64,000 nucleotides of DNA from Vulcanimicrobiota bacterium (GTDB taxonomy: Bacteria; Vulcanimicrobiota; Xenobia; Xenobiales; JADMJV01), in contig JBFWNU010000002.1 of assembly GCA_050250895.1 (NCBI GenBank), positions 320,001 to 384,000 of the forward strand. The letters run 5' to 3'. Below are positions 62,755-64,000 of this stretch, piece by piece (within the stretch, counting starts at the first letter, position 1; every line of letters starts with the position of its first letter). A program made the position numbers and the translations under genes. Under the pieces are notes generated by a model that saw only the letters and a program-made list of their open reading frames with translations, had not been told where the DNA came from and did not search any database.

Positions 62755-63570
62755 ATGCAAGTCTCGACTGCAGTGGCTCAAACCGTGGCTGGCGGTCTGG
62801 CGCGTTTCTGTCAATATGGCGCCAACCCGTCCGAGATCAAGGCCGTGGCCGGCGAGCTGGCCGAACTGGCCCGGGGTGGCGATCAGCTTCAAGAGGCCTC
62901 GGCGCGGGTCAAGACCGCCTTCCTCGAGGACAATTTCCAGCCCACACCCGACTACCGCGTTCGTGACAAAGTGGCCGAAAATGCCCAGCTAATGGCTCGT
63001 CTCAAGGAGTCTGGCCAGAATATCGACCCGGCCGCCCTGGACAAGCTCAAGGCCATCGGCGAGAAAGCTGCCGCCCAGATCGCCGACACCAGCCAGGCCA
63101 TCGCCAATCAGACCCTGGCCATGGGTCTGATGGCCGGGGCTCTCGACGCGGTCCTCATCGCTGTGCTTTCCCAGCCGGGGGGCGTCGCCGAGCCTACGCT
63201 GCTGCCCCCGGTCTCGTCCCGAATCGGCGAGAAACTGGTCGAAACCCTTGGGGACCCCGACAAAGCGGCTGCCCGGCTCGAGTATTTCACCGCCAACGGC
63301 GGTCAGGTCAACCAGGTAGTGGCCTTCCACAACCTGTCGGCCGAAGCCCAGCAAGAGCGAATGGCCAGCGATTTTACCACCGAAGCTGGCTTTCGAGGGG
63401 CCAACCTGCGCCTTTTTGCCGACGCCTACCATCTGGGTCTCAACGCGGCTTTTGACGGTCTGCCTGAGGTTCGCGACACGCTGCCGGCGGTGGCTGCGCC
63501 CCAGACCGACCTCAAGGTGGGCACCGACGGTTTCACCGTGGGCGATACCGACCTCGAAATCAACTGGTAG
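62755..63570 (+). CDS. Hypothetical protein
   Basis: TACCTT-N6-ATG; good codon bias. Confidence 0.7.
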   Translation: MQVSTAVAQTVAGGLARFCQYGANPSEIKAVAGELAELARGGDQLQEASARVKTAFLEDNFQPTPDYRVRDKVAENAQLMARLKESGQNIDPAALDKLKAIGEKAAAQIADTSQAIANQTLAMGLMAGALDAVLIAVLSQPGGVAEPTLLPPVSSRIGEKLVETLGDPDKAAARLEYFTANGGQVNQVVAFHNLSAEAQQERMASDFTTEAGFRGANLRLFADAYHLGLNAAFDGLPEVRDTLPAVAAPQTDLKVGTDGFTVGDTDLEINW

Positions 63571-63572
63571 AC

Positions 63573-64000
63573 TTGCTGCTTCGGCGCGCCTACTGGAACT
63601 ATCTACGCTCCGTTCCCTGGTTGGGTTGGTTGGGCGTGCTCGGGGTAGCCCTGGCGGTGGCGGTGGTAGTGGCCATGGATCTCGCTTCAGAGAGTGCCCG
63701 GCGCTCCTTCGAACTCTCTTCCAGGGCTCTGACTGGGGGGGCCACTCACCTCGTTCGCGCCGCCACCGGTAGCCTCGATGAAACCCTTTATGCCGAGCTT
63801 CGCCAGACCTTTCCCGGAGTGGCGGCCAGGCCCGTGGTGGAGGGGTTCGTCACGCTCGAGCTGCAGCAACCCGTGAGCCTGCATCTGCTGGGCCTGGACC
63901 CCCTGGCCCCGTTCGAACAGGGGTCGTCCCTGGTCTCGGGGGGCGGAATGCGCGGGCTGATGGGCTCGCCCGACGGGGTGGTGATGACCCGCCAGACAGC
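63573..64000 (+). CDS. FtsX/MacB-type ABC transporter permease (partial, runs off the window)
   Basis: TTG start; reads MLLRRAYWNYLRSVPWLGWLGVLGVALAVAVVVAMDLASESARRSF...LLGLDP. Confidence 0.8.
   Translation, partial: MLLRRAYWNYLRSVPWLGWLGVLGVALAVAVVVAMDLASESARRSFELSSRALTGGATHLVRAATGSLDETLYAELRQTFPGVAARPVVEGFVTLELQQPVSLHLLGLDPLAPFEQGSSLVSGGGMRGLMGSPDGVVMTRQT

Overview
GC-rich bacterial chromosomal window. The gene mix suggests a Terrabacteria lineage such as Ca. Eremiobacterota/Vulcanimicrobiota (inference only). Housekeeping blocks sit at both ends: metK, priA-def-fmt and rlmN on the left; nfeD-floA-floA, a pilin-like cluster, metG, pilC-like, ddl, beta-CASP RNase-speB-speE-gmhB and trmB on the right. 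Between them lies an accessory zone (about 12-41 kb). It carries three paralogous S8 subtilases without Sec signals, a 1253-aa translocator/pore-like protein, a papain-like Cys-protease protein, and an HExxH metalloprotease with a coupled small partner; several of these share an N-terminal low-complexity leader ending in a D-x-h-x-h-S/G motif. The zone also holds an AT-richer XRE + UPF0175/DUF3368 toxin-antitoxin islet and an HNH endonuclease gene. Directly 3' of the HNH gene is an ~86-nt element built from GNA-triloop mini-hairpins. It recurs, with compensatory stem changes, 10 kb away at the head of a ~1-kb hierarchical palindromic tandem-repeat array that is not CRISPR. Eight genes have a TAnnnT -10 box 5-6 nt before the start codon, suggesting leaderless expression. 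No tRNA, rRNA or CRISPR array was recognised.
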